Shown here: positions 47,575 through 56,521 of the stretch, piece after piece | Layout: each line of letters begins with the position of its first letter | Position numbering within the stretch: position 1 is the stretch's first letter | Source of the DNA: Promethearchaeota archaeon | Lineage (GTDB): Archaea > Asgardarchaeota > Lokiarchaeia > Sigyniarchaeales > SOKP01 | NCBI GenBank assembly: GCA_048938895.1 | Contig: JBHLLU010000011.1 | Span: 30,265 to 94,264 of the forward strand | Direction: 5' to 3' | Length of the DNA: 64,000 nt | Position numbers and translations under genes: made by a program | Notes under the pieces: generated by a model | Told to the model about the DNA's origin: nothing | The model's database searches: none | Seen by the model: the letters and a program-made list of their open reading frames with translations, nothing else

Positions 47575-48825
47575 CTATAATCCAATGGTCTCATTTATTT
47601 TATTTACTATCTCTAAACCTTTTTTGTAGGATTCCAATTTTCGTTTAGCTTTAACCAAGATTGTACAAACAGGTTCACCTTTTTGTAAATCCTTTATTGG
47701 CTCACTTTTATCATGAATAAATTGAATTTGATTTATTTTTGAGATAAGCTGTGGATTGATTTGTTTTGGTGAAAAGAATATTAACTTTGTTGAATATCCA
47801 TTAATCTTTTTTGTTTTTATTGAAATTTTAACATTCTTCCATTCATTTGGTAAAAAACTTCTGATATGCAAATCTAACAAATTCAAATCTAAACTTAATT
47901 CAGATGCTCCTATTGACCCAGGGATTCGAGGATTAATTTCCATCAGATAAGGGTAATGATCTTTTAAAACAAAATCAAATCCGTTGATTCCTTTTAATCC
48001 CAATTCAATTGATAACATCTTCGATAGTTTGGATATTAATTTTTTATCTTTACTGGGTAATTTCGCTGGCACAATATTCCCGCAATACATAAATTGTTTT
48101 GGGGGATTTAAAATTTGATTCCCAATTATTTGCTGATTTATAGAAATAAGTTCGCATTCTTTACCATTCGAAATAGTCGTACAACTGACAGGAATTCCTC
48201 TTATAAATTCTTGAATCACCCACTCTGATGGATTAAAATCTTTAAGTTCTAATGTTTCAACAATAGCAGTAAATGCCTCAGGATTATCGATTTTGAATAC
48301 ATTTATCCCGCCTGCACTTTTGACTTTTTTAAGAACACATGGAAAGTTAAAATTTGTTTTATTAGAATCTAAATTTTCATATGGAACTGTAAAGGGAACA
48401 GAAATCCTGTTAGATTTTAAAAATTCATAAATAAATTCAATATCTCGAGCTTTTTTAATTGTCTGGATATCATTATTTAAATTTAAAATTTTTTTCCTCT
48501 TACTTTTTAGATATTGTATTATTTCTTCTCTTTCTTCGTATGCGTCATCTAATCCACTTCCAATTATCAAGAAATCTACATTTGGGTGATTAATTAACAT
48601 TTTTATTGTTAAATCAGGGAATAATTTGCTGTATGGCTCCTTAATTGAATTATAACTAGTCTTAAACTCTTTTTTTACGATTAAACAATCTTTCACATTT
48701 GGATAAAGATCCATATCACCAAAAAAATCTACTGCATATACCTCATAACCTGCATTCTTCAATGAATATGCTAAAGGTCGTATATTGAACCCGATAACAA
48801 GTACTGATCTTGTTTGAATAACCAT
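47575..48825 (-). CDS. ATP-grasp superfamily ligase (COG2232-like)
   Basis: Pre-ATP-grasp Rossmann-like N-terminus (VLVIGFNIRPLAYSLKNAGYEVYAVD), CVLKKVKSAGGINVFKI, VIQEFIRGIPVS and YLMEINPRIPGS (the E-x-N-x-R Mg/ATP motif). Confidence 0.65.
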   Translation of the reverse strand: MVIQTRSVLVIGFNIRPLAYSLKNAGYEVYAVDFFGDMDLYPNVKDCLIVKKEFKTSYNSIKEPYSKLFPDLTIKMLINHPNVDFLIIGSGLDDAYEEREEIIQYLKSKRKKILNLNNDIQTIKKARDIEFIYEFLKSNRISVPFTVPYENLDSNKTNFNFPCVLKKVKSAGGINVFKIDNPEAFTAIVETLELKDFNPSEWVIQEFIRGIPVSCTTISNGKECELISINQQIIGNQILNPPKQFMYCGNIVPAKLPSKDKKLISKLSKMLSIELGLKGINGFDFVLKDHYPYLMEINPRIPGSIGASELSLDLNLLDLHIRSFLPNEWKNVKISIKTKKINGYSTKLIFFSPKQINPQLISKINQIQFIHDKSEPIKDLQKGEPVCTILVKAKRKLESYKKGLEIVNKINETIGL

Positions 48826-48858
48826 TATATAATAAGAAAGAATAGGGATTTAAAGCAC

Positions 48859-51063
48859 TTATAGAATTTTTTTCAATTCTAAGATCAAAGAATTTGGATT
48901 ATATTTATTAAACTTGTATATTTGTGCATTAGCATACTTTTTGAAATTTTTCTTAATTTGATCTGCTGAATAAGTATGAACCCCAAGAGCATGTGTTGCG
49001 TATGATTTTTTAGGTTCCAAGAGAACCATATGTATTTTTTGCTTTGACAATTTTTTGGTTAACTCTTTTAGTTCATTAGTGATTAAAGAATAATCTGTTT
49101 CAATTTGAGCTATTAAGTCAGGATACTTTACAGATATATTGGCTCCACAATCGCTAAATATAAAAACAATAGGGATAATATTTCTATCTTTTAGTTTTTC
49201 AACCCTAATAAGTTCTGATACTTTTTTTAGTGCTGCCGCCATAGGAGTATACGATTTTCCTTCAATTTTTTTCAATTTGTTAATAGCCAATTTAAAATTT
49301 ACAGTTGGTTTCTGTAATACAACTGCTTGTTTGCCTCGAAAAACAATCAATGCGATTTTATCTCTTTTTCTATATCCTTCGCGGTGTAGTGACAATATCA
49401 CGTCGGTCATTTGTTTAATTACATAATACATTGATGCTGAGCTGTCTAATACGAAAAAGAGAGCTAATGGCGCACGATACTCATAAATTTTATCCATTAA
49501 ATCATATTTATCAAAATGTATTGGGAAATCTATATTCGTCTCGTTATATGCTATATTTTTAAGATAATTTCTAATTGTTGCATCTAATGCGATACTTTTT
49601 GGATGTTCGTTTATTGGAGTTCTATATGAAACATACCTACCTTTTTGAGATGAAGATATTTTAATTCTCCTCCCAATTCCTCTCCCACCATAGTCAGAAA
49701 TCTTCCGATCCTTTCTAATATTATCTAGGATAGATGTCATTTTTTTCTCCATCTGATATATAAAAGGTAATGATATATTTTTTGCTTCAAAAAATTTTAA
49801 ATCATCATCAAAGGGAATATGTTTTACTTTCCAGCCCCCAGCAGGTTTAGGGTTCCTTTTTTTATCATCTGGGTATTTTGGTGGAGGAAGCTTCTGTTCT
49901 CTTGATTCTGGTATATCAACTTTATCAGGATCTACTGATTGTCGTTTAAATTCTTTTTGTTCACCATTATCATGTTTCAATGGACCTTCTGTTTCGCGGT
50001 TAGGTTGAAGAACATTGGTATCTTCATAGGCTTCTTTAATTTTTCCATAGACTTCAGCGATTTTCGACTGGATCTCTTCAGGAGTCATTTCATAATGTAG
50101 AGATTGAATTCTATGCTCGAAAACTAAATCCATCGCAATGTTTAAATCTTCTTCAGTTATATCTTTTCTCGCATTTAGTGCAGCATGAGCTCTCGCGCAT
50201 CTTATAAAGGTAATGTCTGCTCTTTGAGAGAATATCTCTAATTCGCTTACAATTTTTGATACAAATTCATAAATTGAATTGGGTATTTGTATATCCTTAA
50301 TTATTTTCCGAGCATTTAGAATTTGTTTTCTTAGAGTCTCTTGTTTATCCTCATATTGTTTTACAAATTCTTTTGGATTATCATCAAAATCTATTACTCT
50401 TCTAGTTATCTCAGCACGTAACTGATTGTCTCTTGGTGCTTTAATTCGAACCTCCAAACCAAGACGATCAGCAATTTGTGGTCTTAAATCTCCTTCTTCA
50501 GGATTCATACTTCCCACAAGAATGAATCTTGATGGATGTGATACAGAAATGCCCTCTCTCTCTATTATATTCACACCAGAAGCGGCAGAGTCTAAAAGAA
50601 CGTCAACAATATGATCCTGTAGTAAATTAATTTCATCCACATATAAAATACCTCTATTAGCTTTAGCTAATAATCCTGGATGCAGAGCTCTGATTCCTTC
50701 TGTGAGTACTTTATCAATGGATAATGACCCACAAACCATATCTTCTGTAACACCCAATGGTAAATTAACTAGCCACATATCTCTAAATTCATTTTCAACC
50801 TTATTTTTTTCCATTCTTTCTCTGCAAGTTTCACATAAATCATCTATATCTGAATTTGGATCACAGGAAAATTCACAGTTTTTAATAACTTCGATTTGGG
50901 GCATAAGTTCCACGAGACTTCGTACAGCAGTACTCTTTCCAGTTCCTTGATGGCCAGTCATCAAGATCCCTCCTATCAAAGGATCGATGAGATTTAGAAT
51001 TAAACCCATTTTCATCTTATCTTGTCCAAGAATTGCTGTGAAAGGAAAATTGAGTTTTCTCAT
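48859..51063 (-). CDS. ChlI/BchI-like AAA+ ATPase fused to ChlD-like vWA domain (MIDAS intact)
   Basis: N-terminal FPFTAILGQDKMKMGLILNLIDPLIGGILMTGHQGTGKSTAVRSL (ChlI signature with Walker A). Walker B ILYVDEINLL. Basic/proline-rich linker. C-terminal vWA with the DxSxS MIDAS motif FFVLDSSASM. Confidence 0.8.
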   Translation of the reverse strand: MRKLNFPFTAILGQDKMKMGLILNLIDPLIGGILMTGHQGTGKSTAVRSLVELMPQIEVIKNCEFSCDPNSDIDDLCETCRERMEKNKVENEFRDMWLVNLPLGVTEDMVCGSLSIDKVLTEGIRALHPGLLAKANRGILYVDEINLLQDHIVDVLLDSAASGVNIIEREGISVSHPSRFILVGSMNPEEGDLRPQIADRLGLEVRIKAPRDNQLRAEITRRVIDFDDNPKEFVKQYEDKQETLRKQILNARKIIKDIQIPNSIYEFVSKIVSELEIFSQRADITFIRCARAHAALNARKDITEEDLNIAMDLVFEHRIQSLHYEMTPEEIQSKIAEVYGKIKEAYEDTNVLQPNRETEGPLKHDNGEQKEFKRQSVDPDKVDIPESREQKLPPPKYPDDKKRNPKPAGGWKVKHIPFDDDLKFFEAKNISLPFIYQMEKKMTSILDNIRKDRKISDYGGRGIGRRIKISSSQKGRYVSYRTPINEHPKSIALDATIRNYLKNIAYNETNIDFPIHFDKYDLMDKIYEYRAPLALFFVLDSSASMYYVIKQMTDVILSLHREGYRKRDKIALIVFRGKQAVVLQKPTVNFKLAINKLKKIEGKSYTPMAAALKKVSELIRVEKLKDRNIIPIVFIFSDCGANISVKYPDLIAQIETDYSLITNELKELTKKLSKQKIHMVLLEPKKSYATHALGVHTYSADQIKKNFKKYANAQIYKFNKYNPNSLILELKKIL

Positions 51064-51198
51064 GATTTTAGGTGCATTATTTATTATTTAACGGTGGGTT
51101 TTTTTACTCGTAGTTTTCTTAAACAAAATAACGCTTAATCAAATAAAAATGTATCAAAATTAAAAATAAGATGAAAAATATTTTTGAATCTATTATTT

Positions 51199-52155
51199 TT
51201 AAAACTTTTTAGATAACTCTTTTAACTTTTTGCCTAATCCTGCTGTGATATCTTCCCACTTGAGTAATATCTTTTCTACATGGGGAATAATTGTATCACG
51301 TTCTTTATATTCTAAATATTCAATGAATTCACTAATAAATCCTATTTTTTTATTTGTTTCTTCAACAAATCTATGAATTTCTTGGCTTTGGTTTTCTAAT
51401 ACATCCGGGATGCGATGTTTTTCACCACGTCGGGTTAACGTTGATAAATATTCTTCAGTTCCCAATAGTAAAGAATTTAATTCTTCAATTCTTTCATCTA
51501 CTATTTTTTCATATGTTTGAGGTACGTTATCTTTTGGAAGAAGATTAGTTGCATCAACAATGAATTTTTGAGTTAGACTTATTAATTGTTCCAAACTTTC
51601 ATACCCCTCAATTTTATAATCTACAGTATGATAAGATGCTTCAATTCCACTATTTACATTATCTAATCGAAATATTTTAAATCCAGGATCATTTTTCAAT
51701 TGAATATCTGGATCTCCTTTTTTATCAGCAAGCTCAATTTGTCTGATTAATCTTTGAGGATTAAAGACAAGGGAAATGGCTAAGTCGTTATTTTGTTGAT
51801 ATGATAAAGTAGTTTTAATATCAATATGAGACATCATAACTTTAAATCCAGGATGAGAATGCCACCAACCTACTACAAATTCAGGAGGATCTCTTGAAAA
51901 TGCTTCTTCATCGATTATATAAAGTGATTCATAGTCTTCATCTGACCATTTATATTGATCGATAACAGCATCTTTGTCTAATTTCTGGTGCATTATAGGA
52001 TATGCTGAAGAGATAATTACATCATTTCCTTCATTACGACCGGTAAATATGCCACTTACTTCAAGCCAATCATCTTTAGGAATTCGAGCATTAGCAAATC
52101 TTACTGATGCGGCTACAATTGTCAAATAGGCTTTTTTATTGATTAATACAGTCAT
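51199..52155 (-). CDS. MPN+/JAMM metalloprotease with C-terminal helical extension
   Basis: Complete JAMM motif: E32 (LEVSGIFTG) and HSHPGFKVMMSHID (H-x-H-x7-S-x2-D, nt 51820-51861). Paralogous to 53189..54685 (shared GW.HSHPG and GFKIFRL). Confidence 0.8.
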   Translation of the reverse strand: MTVLINKKAYLTIVAASVRFANARIPKDDWLEVSGIFTGRNEGNDVIISSAYPIMHQKLDKDAVIDQYKWSDEDYESLYIIDEEAFSRDPPEFVVGWWHSHPGFKVMMSHIDIKTTLSYQQNNDLAISLVFNPQRLIRQIELADKKGDPDIQLKNDPGFKIFRLDNVNSGIEASYHTVDYKIEGYESLEQLISLTQKFIVDATNLLPKDNVPQTYEKIVDERIEELNSLLLGTEEYLSTLTRRGEKHRIPDVLENQSQEIHRFVEETNKKIGFISEFIEYLEYKERDTIIPHVEKILLKWEDITAGLGKKLKELSKKF

Positions 52156-52408
52156 TTTTTTATTCAGAATTGGAATATATTTAAAAAATGGTTTTAAAAA
52201 TCACTTTACAAAATAATACAAATTTTTGTATTTATGCTTTTTTCATTCCATAAGAGTATTTGATAATTTACATTTATGGCCTTCTCATCCAAAAAACTTT
52301 TAATTTTAGTAATAAATTTTAGCATGAGATCAAAAATATTTTAAATTTAAAATTTACCATTATAATATTACTCGATTTAATTAAATATAATTTAAAAAGT
52401 GATTATTA

Positions 52409-53053
52409 GTGACAGAAAGAGGATTCGAGCCACTTACCAGTCAACTAGGGGTACCAGGTACAAGTTATCGTATCCAATTGGGATTAATTAATGGTAAGTG
52501 GGCTTCTCGCTTGTTAAAGGGAAGAGATGTAATCGAATCGTATGTTTATAAAGATGAAGATGTTGAAGGGGGATTTCCAAATCAAAATTTAATCGTGGGA
52601 TGGGTTCTACGTACGGTAGCAATTCCCAATATAAATCCTCATCAGGTAATGAAAACAACACAAGCTTTAGTTAAGCAAGCAATTCAAAAGAAAGATGAAA
52701 GAAAAGTAGTAGCACCTATATCAGAAACTAGCTCTGTAGAATTGGAAAAGGTCCCACAAAGTGAATTAAAAAGACCTCAGGTTCAAGGTTGGGTTAAACA
52801 AGAGGGAGTAAAAAGTCAAGAGGAAATCGAAGAGGAAAGAAGACAAGCTTTTAAAGCCTCTGTCGCTGCTAGAAAAGAAGAAGAACACGCTGTAACCTTA
52901 AAGACAACCAGACAATTACCATCTATCCCAAAACAAGGAATGGTAGAAACAACACCGACAAGTTCAAAAGGATCAAGTTTTTGTCCGCATTGTGGAAAGG
53001 ATTTAGATTGGAAATTTTGTCCTTATTGCGGAAAACCATTACCACACGAATAA
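52409..53053 (+). CDS. Hypothetical protein with C-terminal double zinc ribbon
   Basis: C-terminal CPHCGKDLDWKFCPYCGKPL, with a charged central linker. The GTG start comes from the track and the true start is uncertain (an in-frame TTG lies at 52511). No family recognised for the N-terminal domain. Confidence 0.45.
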   Translation: MTERGFEPLTSQLGVPGTSYRIQLGLINGKWASRLLKGRDVIESYVYKDEDVEGGFPNQNLIVGWVLRTVAIPNINPHQVMKTTQALVKQAIQKKDERKVVAPISETSSVELEKVPQSELKRPQVQGWVKQEGVKSQEEIEEERRQAFKASVAARKEEEHAVTLKTTRQLPSIPKQGMVETTPTSSKGSSFCPHCGKDLDWKFCPYCGKPLPHE

Positions 53054-53188
53054 TAAATTACTCTAATTATCCTATCAATTTATCCTATCAGAATTATAAA
53101 TAGAACTTTTTAAATTAAATACTTTTTATTCAAATATTTAAAATCATACAATCTATATATATATCATAAATTTGAAAAAACTAGTGAA

Positions 53189-54685
53189 TTGAAAATGGGG
53201 AAAACAAGCGATCAAAGTACAGTTACAATAAAACCTCTTGCTTATTACAAAATGTTACTCCATGTTTTGCGTTTTGGTTCTAAATTTATCGAGCACACTA
53301 AATTATCTGAGGTTATGGGAGTTCTAATTGGGCGCCTTGAAGGAGAAGGCGAAATAAAAGATGTAATTATCGAAGATGTAGTACCTGTTTCTCATGGAGG
53401 GACGATAGAAGTTAAATTCTCAGTTGAACAATTAGGTGCATTTGGAGAACTAGACACAAAAATATGGGAACAATATGGTGATCTTGGTTGGTTTTCTGTG
53501 GGGTGGTACCATTCCCATCCAGGATTAGGTATATTTTTTAGTGAAACTGACAAATATAATCAAATTTTTTGGCAAAAAAATCCAAGTGGTATAGGAATCG
53601 TATTCGATCACACCTATCTTGATAAGCCGGGTGAACTTGGGTTTAGAGCATTTAGATTAAGTGAAACTAGACTAGAAGATCCTTCATTAGCTTTAAAATC
53701 AGATTATCATGAGGTAAAAGCTTTGGTTGAACCTCCCGATAGCCTTGAATTTTACATTAAAATAATGGAATTAATCAATAATGTTCATACAAGTGGTCCC
53801 CAAATTCTCGAGTTAAACGAAACCATCGATATATTTGGTGGTGTGTTTATTCCTGAAGAAGAACAAATAGAATCGAAATTACCAGAAATCAATTATGATG
53901 AAATGATTTCAACTTTGAAAGAAGGAATGAACAAATTCCTTGAGTCATCAGTTAAGCCATTTGTTTATCTTCTAAAAACTTGGGGTCAAGACCTTGTCAA
54001 TAAAATATATATTAATAATTCAGGCATGCGGAATGATTTAAAAGAAATTAGAGATAAGTTGAGTAAACAAATCATAAGTCTACAGCAATCTTTTAACTAT
54101 GATTTGCAAAATGACATGAAAGATTTAGATTTCTATGTAGATGATAAACTCGAAGAGTTAGATAATGAAAAGGAGAACATCACAGAATTAGTCCTCAATT
54201 CAAAAACAGAATTCACAATTCAAGTTGACACTTCACTTAAAGATGAAATTTTTAGCCATATTTTAACAAGGCTTGGAGATTTATCAAATAGCATTTTAGA
54301 TTTTAACAATAATCTCTCAAATAATCTGTCGAATCTTAGGGAAAGTAGTTCTGAAATAAAGAGTTATACAGAAAAATATAGATCTATAGATATGTTGATT
54401 CAAAGAAATTTAAATACCTTACAGGAAGATTTAGCAACATCTTTCAATAAAAAATTAAGTAAAATTAGAGGAAATTTAAATAATCTTTATAAAGACACAA
54501 AAAATTATCTATCAGATTTAAAAGCAGCAATTATATTATTAGAAAGCTCAAAAAGTCCTATAAAGAATAAAATAACTGCTTTGCAGAATGAAAATAAAGA
54601 CTTGCAGAAAACAGTAAAGGAACTTAGAGTAGAAAATCAAGAATTATTAAGTAAAATCAAAAAATTAGAAAAAGGAGGAGAGTAG
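53189..54685 (+). CDS. MPN+/JAMM metalloprotease with ~300-aa C-terminal coiled-coil region
   Basis: E (SEVMGVLIGR) plus HSHPGLGIFFSETD (nt 53510-53551). The C-terminal two thirds are heptad-rich and N/K/E/L-rich. The likely real start is the ATG at 53195. Confidence 0.8.
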   Translation: MKMGKTSDQSTVTIKPLAYYKMLLHVLRFGSKFIEHTKLSEVMGVLIGRLEGEGEIKDVIIEDVVPVSHGGTIEVKFSVEQLGAFGELDTKIWEQYGDLGWFSVGWYHSHPGLGIFFSETDKYNQIFWQKNPSGIGIVFDHTYLDKPGELGFRAFRLSETRLEDPSLALKSDYHEVKALVEPPDSLEFYIKIMELINNVHTSGPQILELNETIDIFGGVFIPEEEQIESKLPEINYDEMISTLKEGMNKFLESSVKPFVYLLKTWGQDLVNKIYINNSGMRNDLKEIRDKLSKQIISLQQSFNYDLQNDMKDLDFYVDDKLEELDNEKENITELVLNSKTEFTIQVDTSLKDEIFSHILTRLGDLSNSILDFNNNLSNNLSNLRESSSEIKSYTEKYRSIDMLIQRNLNTLQEDLATSFNKKLSKIRGNLNNLYKDTKNYLSDLKAAIILLESSKSPIKNKITALQNENKDLQKTVKELRVENQELLSKIKKLEKGGE

Positions 54686-54691
54686 AAAAAA

Positions 54692-56059
54692 TTGACACCA
54701 AAGGAAAATAATCAAGAAAGTAGTGTTTATAAGATCATAATAAAATCAGATGCATTTATTCGGATGATGACTCATGTGTTAAGGTTTGGAAATGAAGCAT
54801 TAGATGAGAGTGTAGAAGTAATGGGTGTTTGTATAGGTGAAGTTGATGAAGGTAACAAATTAGTCAACTTAATCAATATTATTCCTATACAACACGGAAT
54901 TCACGTTTCAACAGGTTTTACTAAAGAAGATATTGAGTTGTTTGCGAACTTAGAAAAAGAATATCAAGAGAAAGAAATGAATATAATCGGTTGGTATCTC
55001 TCACGACCTGGTTGGGGTCTTGATTTTACTGAAATTACAATCCAAAACCATAAGTTTTTCCAAAATGATAAATATCCTTTAGGTTTTGTGATTGTCTTCG
55101 ATCATAGTCTTATGGGTAAAGAGGGAGAATTTGGATTTAAGATTTTTTCTTTGAAAAATTATAAGAAATCCGATGAATATCTTGAAATGCCATATGAATT
55201 AGAGATTCCTGCTAAATTAGACTTTTTTAAATGGGTAAAAAAATTTATGGAAGATTCTCAACGGTTATCTCCAATAATGATTAAAGAATTTAAGGAACAA
55301 TCTTCAAGAGAACTTCAAGAAATACCTTCTTCAACCGAGGATTTAATAGAAGAAAGCATTAAAGACTATTCAGAGCAAGTGGATCAAGTAATATTAGGGT
55401 TTAATAATGGTTTTGAGAAAATTAAGGAAGCATTAGGTCAAACATATAAATCTCAATTTGACTCATGGATTGGTGGGGTAACTCAAGGATCTCTAACGGG
55501 AATGGATCATATTAGCAAATCATTGAATCAATTGAAAAATACACTTTCTGATGGTCTTAGTGATGTAAAAAAATATTTCAATAATACATTTGAAGAAATA
55601 TCTGGTCTTTTTAAAAAGAATATTACTGAATACATCGATAAGCGAGTCAATGATCAGAAAGAATTACGAAACGAAATTTCCAATATTTTGAAATCAACAA
55701 TTGAAGAATCAAAACTAAAAATTGAGGATCAGATTAAAAATAAGGTGAATCCTCTAGATAAAAAAATACAAGAAATATTGACAACTTTAGAACAGAGCTT
55801 AAATATGAATGCTGATTTGAATACTTCGATAATAGAATTAAGCAATCTCGCTTCAGATCGAGATAATGACATAAAAAATCTTACAAAAAACATAAATGAA
55901 CATCTGGAAAAAATTGCGACTCCTTTTAAACAACAAATTGATAGCAAATTTGAAGAACTTGATGCAGAATTAAAACCAGTTAAAGATAGTTATTCAGAAG
56001 TTAGAATATTGCTTGAAAAACTACAAAAAACTATTACAGAATTTAGAAATTTAACCTAA
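54692..56059 (+). CDS. MPN- (catalytically degenerate MPN) paralog with ~300-aa C-terminal coiled-coil region
   Basis: Aligns with the upstream gene (HVLRFG, EVMGVCIG, GWY, VFDH, GEFGFKIFSL), but the JAMM motif reads LSRPGWGLDFTEIT (nt 54998-55039): both His, the Ser and the Asp are replaced. The TTG start lies 6 nt after the upstream stop, with GGAGGAG upstream. Confidence 0.7.
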   Translation: MTPKENNQESSVYKIIIKSDAFIRMMTHVLRFGNEALDESVEVMGVCIGEVDEGNKLVNLINIIPIQHGIHVSTGFTKEDIELFANLEKEYQEKEMNIIGWYLSRPGWGLDFTEITIQNHKFFQNDKYPLGFVIVFDHSLMGKEGEFGFKIFSLKNYKKSDEYLEMPYELEIPAKLDFFKWVKKFMEDSQRLSPIMIKEFKEQSSRELQEIPSSTEDLIEESIKDYSEQVDQVILGFNNGFEKIKEALGQTYKSQFDSWIGGVTQGSLTGMDHISKSLNQLKNTLSDGLSDVKKYFNNTFEEISGLFKKNITEYIDKRVNDQKELRNEISNILKSTIEESKLKIEDQIKNKVNPLDKKIQEILTTLEQSLNMNADLNTSIIELSNLASDRDNDIKNLTKNINEHLEKIATPFKQQIDSKFEELDAELKPVKDSYSEVRILLEKLQKTITEFRNLT

Positions 56060-56065
56060 TTTTTA

Positions 56066-56365
56066 CTAATAAAATTGTAAACTTGAAACTTTTGAAATTT
56101 GAAGTTTATATTTTGGGATATTTGTACCAAGCCTTTTTAATTGATTTAATTTAGCTACATGACTAAGAATTCTCCCAATTTTATCAACTTTAATATCAAT
56201 CCCGAAGGATTCTTTCAGAACAGAGCTTATTTTATAAGAGGATAAAATCACAACACGTGAAATATTTTTTTCACAAAGTAATTCAATAGCTTTTCTAACC
56301 AAGTTAATTAGATTTTCTTTATTTTCGATTTGAGTTTTTTTCATGCTTACGAAAAAAATATTCAA
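56066..56365 (-). CDS. Hypothetical small protein
   Basis: A 99-aa ORF convergent with the MPN- gene. Has a possible HTH-like segment (KIGRILSHVAKLNQLKRLG). No family recognised. Confidence 0.35.
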   Translation of the reverse strand: MNIFFVSMKKTQIENKENLINLVRKAIELLCEKNISRVVILSSYKISSVLKESFGIDIKVDKIGRILSHVAKLNQLKRLGTNIPKYKLQISKVSSLQFY

Positions 56366-56521
56366 GATATTATATGTATTGTTATATTAGAGTATTTTTA
56401 AAGATTTCATATGAAATTTATCAATTAACTAGATATGTTTAGTCTATTCTATTGATTACTTAATCTTTCTATTTTTATATTATAATTAGGTTTAAATTAA
56501 AAAGAAGAATTAATACATATA

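Noticed and set aside
48859-51063. Annotating the ChlI/ChlD-like fusion as a bona fide magnesium (or cobalt) chelatase
   Set aside because: No ChlH/BchH/CobN-type large subunit and no tetrapyrrole-pathway gene is present in the window. Only the AAA+-vWA family assignment is supported, not the substrate.
52421-52431. GGATTCGAGCC (translated ERGFEPLT), which resembles the footprint of a tRNA T-arm
   Set aside because: On either strand the flanks do not give a 5-bp T-stem around a TTCRANN loop, an acceptor stem or a D-arm. I could not build a cloverleaf, so no tRNA is called.
56066-56365. The small ORF next to the MPN pair as a ubiquitin-like modifier
   Set aside because: It has no C-terminal Gly-Gly (it ends ...SSLQFY) and no recognisable beta-grasp pattern. 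Likewise no other small ORF in the window ends in GG, so no UBL is claimed.
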